DNA of 64,000 nucleotides from a virus (Duplodnaviria; Caudoviricetes): IMG/VR virus record IMGVR_UViG_3300042288_001626; one strand, 5' to 3'. Shown piece by piece: positions 1 to 9,610 of this stretch (position 1 is its first letter; each line of letters starts with the position of its first letter). The notes under the pieces were generated by a model. It saw only the letters and a program-made list of their open reading frames with translations, ran no database searches and was not told where the DNA came from. The position numbers and the translations under genes were made by a program.

Positions 1-685
1 CTTTACCCAAGGTAGCCACACTATTAGCAAGCTTCAAGGCTTTTTTGACTCCCTCGACAACTACCACAGACTCGTGCTGCTTGGCTCCGTGATAGTTGAA
101 CAGATGATCGCCCTTCGGAAACAGGTGCATATATCGCATGAACTGGAATCGGTCTCCGTTCCAGGTTCCAGGTATAAACCTAACCTGCCATCCAGCATAC
201 GACGAGTCTTTGGAGAAAATAGGGAAAAACAAGCTTCCGCTAGTGTTTACAGTAAATCCACTATCAAACTGTATGTTAATTCCTCCTCCTTCAGGTATGT
301 AACGAACACCTAGAGAGTCATAATAGCTTAGGTTATGCAGATGATCTTTACTTAAAAAGTCTAGTGCAGGGTGATTTGGAGGAGTCAAATCCTGAAGTAA
401 ATCTGCCTTAGAGTATGGAACAATTGTCGCATGAGGATACTCAACCTCATACACATCTCCAACAGCTCTCTCGAACTCTACATTGTCTCCTAGCAGCTCT
501 TTAATCGGTAGCGTCTGTTCGCAGATAAAGCATCGACTGATGTCCCATCCTGGACTGACGTACCTTTTCATCTTCTTGCTGTGTGTAGGGTCGCAGGTCG
601 GGCAGGGAATACGAAAACTCCCTCCCGACACTGGCTTGACCTTACCAAACTTATTCTTTAACAGTTCTAGAATCTTTTGATTCAT
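1..685 (-). CDS. DnaG-type DNA primase, truncated by the window edge (absent from the ORF track)
   Basis: Hand translation from ATG at 685: MNQKILELLKNKFGKVKPVSGGSFRIPCPTCD...SRCFICE (Zn-binding CxxC pairs) ...LFFPIF...GWQVR...LFNY...VVVVEGVKKALKLANSVATLGK (TOPRIM). The frame stays open to base 1. Confidence 0.85.
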   Translation of the reverse strand, partial: MNQKILELLKNKFGKVKPVSGGSFRIPCPTCDPTHSKKMKRYVSPGWDISRCFICEQTLPIKELLGDNVEFERAVGDVYEVEYPHATIVPYSKADLLQDLTPPNHPALDFLSKDHLHNLSYYDSLGVRYIPEGGGINIQFDSGFTVNTSGSLFFPIFSKDSSYAGWQVRFIPGTWNGDRFQFMRYMHLFPKGDHLFNYHGAKQHESVVVVEGVKKALKLANSVATLGK

Positions 686-929
686 TTTCAATTAACTCTA
701 GTAAACCTTCCCGGAACTTTCCGTCAGTAAGATAATAGATATCATTGATTTCAGGCTCTGGATTACGTTTGTAGTCTGGATGGATTCGCCAAGAGTTACT
801 GACAATCTGACCTAGGCGTAAATGAGGTCTTGCAAGCCAGTATTCTCGCAAATCTGCCAAGGTGCTCTCCACGTACTCTAGATTACGTGCAAACTCTTCT
901 TTTTGTCGTTTTGTTTGTTCGTTACGCAT
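651..929 (-). CDS. hypothetical phage protein
   Basis: 92-aa ORF tightly packed between helicase and primase; contains WLARPHLRLGQIV. Confidence 0.7.
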   Translation of the reverse strand: MRNEQTKRQKEEFARNLEYVESTLADLREYWLARPHLRLGQIVSNSWRIHPDYKRNPEPEINDIYYLTDGKFREGLLELIENESKDSRTVKE

Positions 930-2390
930 TTACTTTGTGTATTTTTGCCAATCTATTTGTTCAGGACTATCCACGACGTTCACTGTCCATCCTTGTTCCT
1001 CGTAGTACTTCATACGCTTTTTAGCCATACCTTCCAGTGTAGGGTCATGGTTGTCCATAAAGTCGACAAGCACAAAGTGCGTTTTTTCAGGGAGATTAAA
1101 CTTTTCTCTCTGTTCTTTTGTGAGTATCCGACTACCTCTATATGCCTCTTGCAGCACTTCAACTTTACTGCTACCTCCAGAAGCCTGAATAACTACTCGA
1201 CAGTTAGGAATATCTACACCTGCACGGAAAGCGTCGCTGGCTATAAGTATCTGAAACTCATTATTACTAAACTCTTGAATTGTTTTGTTTTGCTGTGATG
1301 AGCTCAACGCAAAAGATCCAACATTTTTCTTGCTAGATTCTCTATGCAGATACTTTGTATCGTTTGGCATGTATTTGTACATGGGGATAAGATGATCTTT
1401 GACATGATCTATGAATATGATCGTCTGCCAAGAGGAAGGAACGAGAGAAGCTACCTTTCCTATAATCTCATTCCTCTTGTTGCATGTCTTGATCCCATAC
1501 TTTAGTTTGCTCTCAAAGCTGTTGTAATTTTCAATAAACAAGTTTTCAGGCATTCTGACCATATATACCATGCCAGGAACAACGGCCCCTGCACCTTCAG
1601 CGTCCTCGTATGGAAAATAAATCAAATCTTCTCCGAACAGTCCTTTGAGTAGTTTGTCGGTATTATTAAAAATACCTTCTGTAGTGGCACTGAACCCAAA
1701 CATCCTGACAGGTTTCAGTGTCTTCAGCGCATTCTGGAATGTGTCTTGTCCGGCTGATTGCATCTCATCAACAAGCAGGAGCTGGCATTTCTCAAGAGCA
1801 CAGTTTTGGAGAGAACGAAACGTGGTAATCGTTATGTCGGAACTGATATCATTTTTACCGTCTCCGACAATACCTATGTGTTTTTCTGGAAAAAACTCCT
1901 TAAACTTTTGGTATGTCTGAAGCACAACCTGCTTGAGAGGAATAGCAAGAATGGTGTTAAGTTTGTTCCAGGCAGCGTAAGTCACTGCCTGGATATGAGT
2001 CTTGCCAAAACCTCCCGTGGCGTTAATTACTCCACTCTCTTCTGCTCCCTTAAACAGGAGGTCTATAACAGGTTGTTGCTGATAATCTCTAAGCTTGATT
2101 TTTTTAACAGCCTTCCAGTCCGGATCAGGCATAGGAGTACGAAGGTCTTCGTGCTCCACTACGTCCATATTTTTATTTATCAGCCCTACAATATCGTGAT
2201 AGAAACCAGGTAGGGTATATATTGACCCGTCGCTATCAGAGGCGTAAAGCAACTTCTCTACAAAAACACATTCTCTTCGATACTGAATGCTTCGCATCTC
2301 TCTATGATGGTACCGCAGAAACTTACTGAGGTAAATAGGACAAGGGTTTACCTTGATGCCTCCATCAAACCTGGTTACTGTTATTTTCAT
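930..2390 (-). CDS. superfamily 2 DNA helicase (UvsW/ResIII-like)
   Basis: LRDYQ Q-motif, ATGGFGKT Walker A, LVDE Walker B, FSAT motif III, GVDIP motif V, QEAYRGSR motif VI. Confidence 0.9.
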   Translation of the reverse strand: MKITVTRFDGGIKVNPCPIYLSKFLRYHHREMRSIQYRRECVFVEKLLYASDSDGSIYTLPGFYHDIVGLINKNMDVVEHEDLRTPMPDPDWKAVKKIKLRDYQQQPVIDLLFKGAEESGVINATGGFGKTHIQAVTYAAWNKLNTILAIPLKQVVLQTYQKFKEFFPEKHIGIVGDGKNDISSDITITTFRSLQNCALEKCQLLLVDEMQSAGQDTFQNALKTLKPVRMFGFSATTEGIFNNTDKLLKGLFGEDLIYFPYEDAEGAGAVVPGMVYMVRMPENLFIENYNSFESKLKYGIKTCNKRNEIIGKVASLVPSSWQTIIFIDHVKDHLIPMYKYMPNDTKYLHRESSKKNVGSFALSSSQQNKTIQEFSNNEFQILIASDAFRAGVDIPNCRVVIQASGGSSKVEVLQEAYRGSRILTKEQREKFNLPEKTHFVLVDFMDNHDPTLEGMAKKRMKYYEEQGWTVNVVDSPEQIDWQKYTK

Positions 2391-2605
2391 TTTAAGTTAG
2401 CCTGTCTTTTGTTCCTTTTGCGTCCGTGTCTGTTTCCTTGCAATTGCCCTGCACTATTTCTAGGCATTTGATCGCTGATGACTCTGGACATAGCAGACTG
2501 AGCTAAATCTGCTAAACGTCCAGCGTTATTTGTTAGCCCAAAATATATAGCTGCTCCGGCCAACAAACCTGGAATGATAGCGTTGTTTTTATTTTCGTCT
2601 CCCAT
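2387..2605 (-). CDS. small protein with one hydrophobic segment and a basic tail
   Basis: AIIPGLLAGAAIYFGL followed by RHGRKRNKR; 4-nt overlap with the helicase start. Confidence 0.6.
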   Translation of the reverse strand: MGDENKNNAIIPGLLAGAAIYFGLTNNAGRLADLAQSAMSRVISDQMPRNSAGQLQGNRHGRKRNKRQANLK

Positions 2606-2620
2606 AGTTAGTGTATTTTG

Positions 2621-4663
2621 TTACAGATTGATTGTGTTGTCGACGTACTCACTCAGTTCGCTGTGATGATCAATCACAATGACTTGTTTAAATTTGCTGC
2701 TCTTGCCTAGGGTCTTGATGATCTCGAAATATTTTTTAGCATTTTCGTTATTCAACCCGTAGCTGCCTTCGTCAATAATCATAAACGGAAAAGCTCCGAC
2801 AAACATGTTATGTAATGCTAAACGCAAGCTAAACCCTACCATAACTTGCTGACCGCCTGATATAGCAGGCAGCTGGAGGCCCTCAGCATTAAAAACATCA
2901 ATACCGAAGGTTTCATTCACCTTTGCAGTGTATGGAAAGTCGAAGCTGGCGAGTACTTCATTCATGTACTCTGATACAGTCGAACTGTATGTCTGGATAA
3001 GTGCTCTAGGGAATTTGCCTGTATGAAACAAATCATACACACTCCTTAAAATACTGACATACTGATTGCGCTTTTTATTCTTCTCAGCATTTAAGTTACT
3101 GTCCTTCAGCTCCTGCTTGATGACCTTGATCTCTCTATTGTTTTCAGCAATTTCAATTTCAAGCTTTTTGACCGCTTCTCTGGCTTTTTGAAACTCCTCG
3201 ATTTTTGTGCGTATGTCTAGTTGCTCTGCAGCGAATTGAGAAGAATCCTTGTCGTAAGCGGTTAATCCTGCTAGCTGTATCCTCAGCTTGTGTGTATCGT
3301 CGTCAATTCCGGAGATCTCATTATTTAGCAAGCTTAGCTTGCTCTCCCATGCAGAGTATTTTGCAATAACAGACTCACACAAATCGTAAGCCTCTTGATC
3401 GAATGACACGTCCGAGTAGCTGTTCAAGGCATTTTCTATAGTCTGTAAAGAGTTTTCGTAAGCTTCCCAAGCAGACAGATAGGCTGTTCTATCTTTTAAC
3501 TCAAGCTGTACAGAAATCAGTTCTGCTTTTTGCTTCTGTCCTGCTGCGATGATAGGTTCGCGTTCTTTTTCTACATGAGCCACTAGCGCTGCTATATTTT
3601 CAACTTTCGTTCCGCATGTAGGGCATACTCCTGAAGCTAGTCCTGATTTTTCATACTCTTCAATTTTCTTATTTAATTCTACAACACTGCTTCGCTTGGC
3701 CTTCAGTGCAGCTTCAAGCTCCAGCTCTTTTTGCCTAAGCTCCTGAACTTGCTCCTTATCTACAGCTACCGCAGGCTTTACAAGAGCGTCTTTCTTAGAC
3801 TGCCAACTTTGTCTTGCCTCATGTAAGCTTTTTGCAGCCTTTTGTTCGGCAACACAATCACGATACTCTTGAATGGTTATGAGCTGCATCTTGCTCTTGA
3901 TAGCGTCCGCCGCTCCACTCAACAGCTTGCGCTGCTCTAGACTTTCCTCCAGCTGCTTGCTTAGTGCAGATTGTAGTTCTCCAGATTCTTCTACTTTAGC
4001 TAGATAGGCTCTTCTCGCAATATAAGAGTCGTATAGGTTATCGTCGATATCGTACTCAGCAATCTGCTCCTGCCCTAGCTCCACCAGCTTCTCTAGACAT
4101 TGCAGGTCACTGTTAAGTGTCACAAGATCTTTAACAGGATACTCTGGAGGAGCATCCTTTATATATCCATTCCAGATAGTGTCCCTGAGCTTGGTTGTGT
4201 TTGGAACCATGAATATTTTCTGAAATAGCTTTTCTTTGGTGCTGTTGTCACCGTTAAACAGCAAAGCAATTTCTCCCTGGTTGGACACAATAACGTTTTG
4301 AACGATATTCTTATCTATCTGAAAGAGATTGTCCCATATCTCATTAACTTCGGAAGATTTTTTGTATGTTTTACCTTCATACATAAAATTTACCTTGGCT
4401 GAGTCTATATGTCGTTCCAGCACTGCTTCCTTTTCGTCAATCAGCAGGTGACCTATAACATATCCGCTTGTCTGTCCTACAGTGAGCATGTCGGCTTTTG
4501 TCTTGCCGTAACCCTCGCCAGTAAGAAGAAATATGATAGCTTCGACAATACTGCTCTTACCGCTACCATTACCTCCAACAATTCCAGTCACTCCAGAAGC
4601 AAACTCGAACACCGAGCTGCGGTGCGACCGGAAATTTTTAAGTACCAGTTTAGTAAGTTCCAT
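2621..4663 (-). CDS. sbcC: Rad50/SbcC (gp46-like) SMC-family ATPase
   Basis: GGNGSGKSS Walker A, long coiled coil with CPTCG zinc hook, ISGGQQ signature, IIDEG Walker B, IDHH H-loop. Confidence 0.93.
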   Translation of the reverse strand: MELTKLVLKNFRSHRSSVFEFASGVTGIVGGNGSGKSSIVEAIIFLLTGEGYGKTKADMLTVGQTSGYVIGHLLIDEKEAVLERHIDSAKVNFMYEGKTYKKSSEVNEIWDNLFQIDKNIVQNVIVSNQGEIALLFNGDNSTKEKLFQKIFMVPNTTKLRDTIWNGYIKDAPPEYPVKDLVTLNSDLQCLEKLVELGQEQIAEYDIDDNLYDSYIARRAYLAKVEESGELQSALSKQLEESLEQRKLLSGAADAIKSKMQLITIQEYRDCVAEQKAAKSLHEARQSWQSKKDALVKPAVAVDKEQVQELRQKELELEAALKAKRSSVVELNKKIEEYEKSGLASGVCPTCGTKVENIAALVAHVEKEREPIIAAGQKQKAELISVQLELKDRTAYLSAWEAYENSLQTIENALNSYSDVSFDQEAYDLCESVIAKYSAWESKLSLLNNEISGIDDDTHKLRIQLAGLTAYDKDSSQFAAEQLDIRTKIEEFQKAREAVKKLEIEIAENNREIKVIKQELKDSNLNAEKNKKRNQYVSILRSVYDLFHTGKFPRALIQTYSSTVSEYMNEVLASFDFPYTAKVNETFGIDVFNAEGLQLPAISGGQQVMVGFSLRLALHNMFVGAFPFMIIDEGSYGLNNENAKKYFEIIKTLGKSSKFKQVIVIDHHSELSEYVDNTINL

Positions 4664-4946
4664 CGAATATTTCTTGGATAGATGTATTGATCAACTCCCT
4701 AGGCATGGTTGCAGGATGATGATTCGTATACGGAAGACAATTACCGTCCCATTCTTTTGGAAGATTTCCAAGATCATGTAATTCCTCTGCAACTACATGT
4801 GTAGGAGCCTCACTACGCATGCTGTCGGCATGAATGCACATGATGCTGTTTACGGTGTTTTCCACAGTCTGCAAAGAATCTTCCTCAGGAGCAGCAACAA
4901 TAAATTCTTTTTCTACAGTGATTTTATACAGTTTATATTTACTCAT
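4650..4946 (-). CDS. hypothetical protein
   Basis: 98-aa ORF in the tightly packed minus-strand run. Confidence 0.65.
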   Translation of the reverse strand: MSKYKLYKITVEKEFIVAAPEEDSLQTVENTVNSIMCIHADSMRSEAPTHVVAEELHDLGNLPKEWDGNCLPYTNHHPATMPRELINTSIQEIFDGTY

Positions 4947-4949
4947 ACT

Positions 4950-5267
4950 TTATTCTTCGGTAATGTTTACTACGTTTCTTAGTTCAGTCACTTCTACGAT
5001 TTTGTATTCTCGTTTAGGATGACGTTTGCTTAATTTTTTTATTTTATCGTTAAGCGCAGGCAGAGCGTAATCTGGATATGCGCCTGACCGTAGACGAAAG
5101 ACACCTGAATGCCTTGAATACAGCCTCCAAGGAGTGAATGTCTCTGAGAGAATCTCTCGTCCACGAGAGTCTGTGGATGTAGCTGGCAGCTCAGAGTATT
5201 GAACAGAGAGCACCTTTGTTCTAAAAGCTATATGATACCTTACGGTAGTATAGTTTAAATGATTCAT
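4950..5267 (-). CDS. hypothetical protein
   Basis: 105-aa ORF; ATGA overlap with the uvsE stop. Confidence 0.6.
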   Translation of the reverse strand: MNHLNYTTVRYHIAFRTKVLSVQYSELPATSTDSRGREILSETFTPWRLYSRHSGVFRLRSGAYPDYALPALNDKIKKLSKRHPKREYKIVEVTELRNVVNITEE

Positions 5268-6187
5268 AACAGCTCAAACGACTTCTCTTTCATCTTGAAT
5301 TCAAAGTCTAGGTCAATCGTTTGACCGTAGGTGTCAGGCAGTTTTGTTGCATAATCGCTATGCTTTCTAGGATTTTTATTTCCAGGAATGCTTTCGCTAT
5401 AATGAAACAACGGCACGTACGGTTTGGTTCTCCAGGTATCGTGAGCCAGCAGAAAAGCCTGCGCTTCCTGCGCGAAATACCCTGCACCTGGATTACATTT
5501 ATGATGCAGATAATCAAACGTTATCGGTATTTCAGGACTATCAAAATAATCAAACAGTTGCGCTACTGTCCAACCTGCCGGCTTGTCGTCATTCTCCAAA
5601 ACTAAACGACTCGTAACATTTTCAGACAAGCGGCTCATATTACTATAGAACAGATCGCGGACAGCTTTTCTTTGATCGTCAGAGACTGCACTACGATTAA
5701 CATGGATATTTATCGGAGATTCTTTACTGAGAGGGCAGCCTATTCTCGTCATAAACCATCCCTGAAAATCGAGCTCGGATACTGTTCTAATCACCGCATC
5801 ACTATTCTCGCTAGCCAATACATTGAATTGATCTGGGTGACTACTCAGTCTTACTTTGTAAGTTTCTCGAGTCTCTTTAATTTTATCAAAACCTTCAACA
5901 ATCTCATCTATTTGAGGAAATTCCTCAAACACTATGTGAGCTTTTTCATAGGTCATTAGCGGGAATATATTGCTGCTTAACCTGTAGTTATGATTTCTAA
6001 CTCCGCAGTACTCGATTGCTTTTTGAGTTACAAGAAGATTATTTAGTATAACATCTCCTAGCTTAACCAAAGCTTCCGCTCTCTCTAGAGAACTGAAGCG
6101 TTTATAAGTCATTGTTTTAAACTTAAGCGGAGGATCATTTTCTTCCAGTTCAAGAACAATACAACACACACCTCTATTACGAATCAT
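5264..6187 (-). CDS. uvsE: UV-damage endonuclease (UvsE/UvdE, TIM barrel)
   Basis: YRLSSNIFP, RLSSHPDQF, INIH, LVLENDDK, FDYLHH, FHYSE and KHSDY motifs typical of UvsE. Confidence 0.92.
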   Translation of the reverse strand: MIRNRGVCCIVLELEENDPPLKFKTMTYKRFSSLERAEALVKLGDVILNNLLVTQKAIEYCGVRNHNYRLSSNIFPLMTYEKAHIVFEEFPQIDEIVEGFDKIKETRETYKVRLSSHPDQFNVLASENSDAVIRTVSELDFQGWFMTRIGCPLSKESPINIHVNRSAVSDDQRKAVRDLFYSNMSRLSENVTSRLVLENDDKPAGWTVAQLFDYFDSPEIPITFDYLHHKCNPGAGYFAQEAQAFLLAHDTWRTKPYVPLFHYSESIPGNKNPRKHSDYATKLPDTYGQTIDLDFEFKMKEKSFELL

Positions 6188-6378
6188 TACAAATAATTGT
6201 TTCTATTTTGGTTTTGCTCATCCCTATGATCAATACTGTAGTTTGCTTCTACAACCTCACAAATAATACGAATCATTTCTGGAACTTCTAGATAAGTTCT
6301 GTAGCCGGCCTCATCATTGACTTCCTTGATTTTTCTTTGGATCTGTGGAGTTATTTTAGTTTGATCAATTTTTGTCAT
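6187..6378 (-). CDS. hypothetical protein
   Basis: ORF abutting uvsE; ATG at 6378 (MTKIDQ) preferred over the track start at 6405. Confidence 0.55.
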   Translation of the reverse strand: MTKIDQTKITPQIQRKIKEVNDEAGYRTYLEVPEMIRIICEVVEANYSIDHRDEQNQNRNNYL

Positions 6379-6420
6379 TTTTAAAAATGTTATCAACAAG
6401 CGCAATAGCGTTTTGTTTCG

Positions 6421-7005
6421 CTATTTTTTAAGCTTTTCTAGATATTCAACAAAAGCTTCCATTATCCTGCGTTCATCTTCTTCATCTCTATCGAACGTAC
6501 GAGCTAGATCTGCCTTTAGCGTACTGAGCACTATGGCGATACTTTCTTTACCAAAGATAGCGGGCAGAGATACCGCGTTTATGAGTGCGTTATATACTCT
6601 AGCTGCCTCTAACTGACTTTGTGTTAATGCCGGAACAACAGACACCGTAGGTTCAGAGACATGCTCCTCCTCTAAAGGCTTTTGTTTTTTTGGCTTTGTG
6701 TGGAATGTTAGAGTGAGTGACGCTTTGGTTTTACCTTTTTCCGTATATATGTAAAGCTTGCCTTGGAAGTTCTCCAGAAACACTTCAAGGTCTTCCAATC
6801 CGTCGTCTTCATAAGTCCTATACCACCTGTCTCCACAGCAAGCGCAATCTGTGTCTGTAGCGCAGCCATCAAAGTATATACCCACACTCTCTGCGATGCT
6901 ATTTGCTTCTTCAGCGCTGCTAGCTTCAATGATTACTACCTCGTCAACGTCTTCATTCTGGATATAGTCTCCTCCTGAGTTATTTTGTTGGTATTTGTAG
7001 TACAT
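6421..7005 (-). CDS. conserved phage hypothetical protein (QNNSGG...CCGDRW type)
   Basis: N-terminal YQQNNSGG and DCACCGDRW motifs, recalled from phage proteins. Confidence 0.7.
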   Translation of the reverse strand: MYYKYQQNNSGGDYIQNEDVDEVVIIEASSAEEANSIAESVGIYFDGCATDTDCACCGDRWYRTYEDDGLEDLEVFLENFQGKLYIYTEKGKTKASLTLTFHTKPKKQKPLEEEHVSEPTVSVVPALTQSQLEAARVYNALINAVSLPAIFGKESIAIVLSTLKADLARTFDRDEEDERRIMEAFVEYLEKLKK

Positions 7006-7033
7006 AGATTTTTAATTAAATTATTTGTCTAGA

Positions 7034-7327
7034 TTAAAACCGGGATATTGGTTCTGATGTGTACAGCGTTATTGTTTTTCTTGTTTCTCCTAGCACAGAG
7101 CAAAGAATTACTGAGTGCGGCTCATAACCTTCCGAATCTTCATAGGCATATATTCTGTGGCGTTTCCCGTCAAGAACAGCTATAAGCTCCTCACACTCTT
7201 CCCTGCTTAATTTTACTTGTGTATCTCCGCTTTGAATTGTGAGCGTTTCAAGGAACTTTTCAGGATATAGATTGAATCCTGCTGCCACTGTAAATTTTTC
7301 AACAGCAACTTGATTAGATATCAGCAT
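7034..7327 (-). CDS. hypothetical protein
   Basis: 97-aa ORF in the minus-strand run. Confidence 0.6.
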   Translation of the reverse strand: MLISNQVAVEKFTVAAGFNLYPEKFLETLTIQSGDTQVKLSREECEELIAVLDGKRHRIYAYEDSEGYEPHSVILCSVLGETRKTITLYTSEPISRF

Positions 7328-7328
7328 A

Positions 7329-7463
7329 TTATTTTTTAAGGCACTCGCAACGCGTTCCTGTCGAACAACCAGCCAGCTTGGATTGCAGATAGAAGCCTCC
7401 GCAGGTGATAACTACCAAGCAAGTAATTATAAATAATATTTCTGCAAATTTATGTTTGTCCAT
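7329..7463 (-). CDS. small membrane protein with Cys-rich tail (below the ORF-track cutoff)
   Basis: MDKHKFAEILFIITCLVVITCGGFYLQSKLAGCSTGTRCECLKK; fills the gap between neighbours. Confidence 0.55.
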   Translation of the reverse strand: MDKHKFAEILFIITCLVVITCGGFYLQSKLAGCSTGTRCECLKK

Positions 7464-7812
7464 ATTTTGATTTTTTACTCTCGGTTGTGTTACCGACTAC
7501 CTTAAAAGATGCTGCGTAATCTGCTAGATCACTGAATGTTTCAAACGCATTAGCGATAACTACAACAAAACAAGCAAACTTTTCGCTATATTGCACTTCG
7601 CCAACAAACTTCACGCCATCATCTTTATAAGCAAACTCTAACAGATCCCCTTCGTAGATATCGGTATCTCTTGAGTCTTTTAGTCCAGTGCTTTGCTGAA
7701 CAGGATTATCATATTGATCTAAATAGCGATCAGAGTAATCAAAATAGCCTAATTGAAAATGAGTAAATCGGCCAAACTCTGGAATATAGACTCTAAATTT
7801 CAACGTGCGCAT
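7450..7812 (-). CDS. YopX-family protein
   Basis: MRTLKFRVY...QSTGLKDSRDTDIYEGDLL...VVGNT matches the YopX pattern. Confidence 0.85.
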   Translation of the reverse strand: MRTLKFRVYIPEFGRFTHFQLGYFDYSDRYLDQYDNPVQQSTGLKDSRDTDIYEGDLLEFAYKDDGVKFVGEVQYSEKFACFVVVIANAFETFSDLADYAASFKVVGNTTESKKSKYGQT

Positions 7813-7820
7813 ATCACTGA

Positions 7821-7916
7821 TTATCTTAAGATGGTTGCTATTAGCAGGATGACAGATATTATAAAAGTAATTGAACAGATAATTGTGGTGGCGATAAATA
7901 ATAGGCGCTCTTTCAT
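7821..7916 (-). CDS. 31-aa single-pass membrane peptide (below the cutoff)
   Basis: MKERLLFIATTIICSITFIISVILLIATILR. Confidence 0.5.
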   Translation of the reverse strand: MKERLLFIATTIICSITFIISVILLIATILR

Positions 7917-7994
7917 ATCAATCCTCCCATTTGCTTAGTATACGCAGAAAAGCCTCTTTAGCTGAGATGTTAATTAGTTCTTTGTGAGCCATGT

Positions 7995-8315
7995 TTAAAT
8001 ACCTTTACTAAGTTCATCGACTTCTTTTTGAAGAGTAGCGATCTGCCTCTTTAGTACATGCACTTTATCGAGGGTTTTTTGTCTTTCTATTTGTCTAGCG
8101 TCAAGAATGTCGCCTATCGTCTCATCTTTCCAGATACTTCTAATTGGATAAGCGTCGATACACCAATTCGCAGGCAGGTCTTCTTTGCGAATTATCTCGT
8201 GCACAGAAAACACTGTACATTTGTTTCCACAAACCGCACTCACAATTAATCCAGCAGTACCTGAGTCGTCTGCTGCCACAACCCCATCTAAATGCACTTT
8301 GTATAATTTTTTCAC
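7995..8315 (-). CDS. hypothetical protein
   Basis: 106-aa ORF with a C-terminal coiled coil. Confidence 0.6.
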   Translation of the reverse strand: MKKLYKVHLDGVVAADDSGTAGLIVSAVCGNKCTVFSVHEIIRKEDLPANWCIDAYPIRSIWKDETIGDILDARQIERQKTLDKVHVLKRQIATLQKEVDELSKGI

Positions 8316-8316
8316 G

Positions 8317-8604
8317 TTAACTTTTTCCTATAAAAATATGCCAAACAAAACCGTTCACATGTATAGTCTTTAGATGAGTCAGCTGGTCAGCATTTTCAAT
8401 CTCCCAACCTGTACCGTAAATTTCGAGGTTAATCTTCTCTGTAGGTTCGCTAGGATCTACAACCGCCCAAAGATACAGCTCAGACCCTTGGAATTCGATG
8501 TCGATAATATTTTCCCAAGCCCAGCGAGGCAGTTCAACACTTGCTTCGTGCGGAGCGTCATGAGATCTGCTCCAATTTATAGGGTACTTATAGATTTTCT
8601 TCAT
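8317..8604 (-). CDS. conserved phage hypothetical protein
   Basis: MKKIYKYP...LYLWAVVDP...IYGTGWEI...HLKTIH...FVWHIF, a pattern recalled from phage proteins. Confidence 0.7.
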   Translation of the reverse strand: MKKIYKYPINWSRSHDAPHEASVELPRWAWENIIDIEFQGSELYLWAVVDPSEPTEKINLEIYGTGWEIENADQLTHLKTIHVNGFVWHIFIGKS

Positions 8605-8633
8605 ACTTACTTCCTTATTCCCCAGCTGTCATT

Positions 8634-8852
8634 CTATTTCCTTTCGTTCCAGATATTGATCAACCTAACAGGAATTCTATCTTTGTTCAAAGCACTCTCT
8701 AGGACTTCTGATCTAATATAATCCCAGGGGCCAGCACATCCACAGCCTTGGCAAATAACATTAGCAGGTATTCCTTCTCTATCTTCTGTGCTGTGCTGAA
8801 CGGTTAGATCGTTACCGCCACAAAAAGGGCATGGTTTTATGTCGTCAGACAT
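8634..8852 (-). CDS. Lar-family (restriction alleviation) zinc-finger protein
   Basis: IKPCPFCGG...VICQGCGCAGP...INIWNER. Confidence 0.8.
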   Translation of the reverse strand: MSDDIKPCPFCGGNDLTVQHSTEDREGIPANVICQGCGCAGPWDYIRSEVLESALNKDRIPVRLINIWNERK

Positions 8853-8870
8853 GTTAATAAACTACAGAAT

Positions 8871-9407
8871 TTAAATGTTCTCGTCGAATTCTGACAAAGA
8901 TACAAAATCTACAAACGAAAGCGTGAATTTTCCATTACGATCAAACCCAGTTTCTAGATAATAGACCATTACGCAAGGATAGCTGATTTCATAATCTTCA
9001 TTTAATTCCAACTCCACATCAGCTGAGTACTTGGGGTTGTGAATATATGTGACGTCATCCTCGTGTTCCTCTGTAGCTTCAAGAGACTTAAAGCCTAAAA
9101 CCTCTACGAGTTTGGCTTGCTCAACCTCATCACATATCTCTTTTCGATCTCTCTTTTCTCCTGCTGCCTCATGCACGGTCATGTAATAATCGAAGCTTTC
9201 TTTCACGTCAGGAGGCATGTTTCCCTTATCGCTCCTGGAAAGTCTGCTCCAGGCAAGGAAAGGTTCTAGTTTAGGTAGATCCTCTTCCTCCCAAATGCTT
9301 GACTCTTCCCAGTCCCCTTCTTCGTTAATCTTACCGTATAGACTGATGTAATTCTTCCAAGCCCAGAGCCAGTGTTCCTCTTTGCTTTTAAATAATTTTT
9401 TATTCAT
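8871..9407 (-). CDS. hypothetical acidic protein
   Basis: 178-aa ORF; ATGA overlap. Confidence 0.65.
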   Translation of the reverse strand: MNKKLFKSKEEHWLWAWKNYISLYGKINEEGDWEESSIWEEEDLPKLEPFLAWSRLSRSDKGNMPPDVKESFDYYMTVHEAAGEKRDRKEICDEVEQAKLVEVLGFKSLEATEEHEDDVTYIHNPKYSADVELELNEDYEISYPCVMVYYLETGFDRNGKFTLSFVDFVSLSEFDENI

Positions 9408-9610
9408 TTCTTTTTTTTGATTGCTCCTTCTACTTCCTCTAGAATAGCTAGGAATTGTTTGTCCAGCTGTCTTTGCGTATCATACAATAAAGCAAACGCG
9501 TAATACACTCCTTGAGTAGCTGCCAGCTCAACAGCCATCTCAGATGTTCTTTGTAGCTCATCTTTGAGTGTATATCTTCCGTATGTAGTGTCTATGTTGG
9601 ATATATTCAT
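9404..9610 (-). CDS. hypothetical protein
   Basis: 68-aa ORF abutting both neighbours. Confidence 0.55.
   Translation of the reverse strand: MNISNIDTTYGRYTLKDELQRTSEMAVELAATQGVYYAFALLYDTQRQLDKQFLAILEEVEGAIKKKK

Noticed and set aside
74-2213. Plus-strand ORFs 74..313, 483..680, 830..1024, 903..1298, 1645..1920, 1758..2213
   Set aside because: Antisense shadows of primase and helicase with no motifs.
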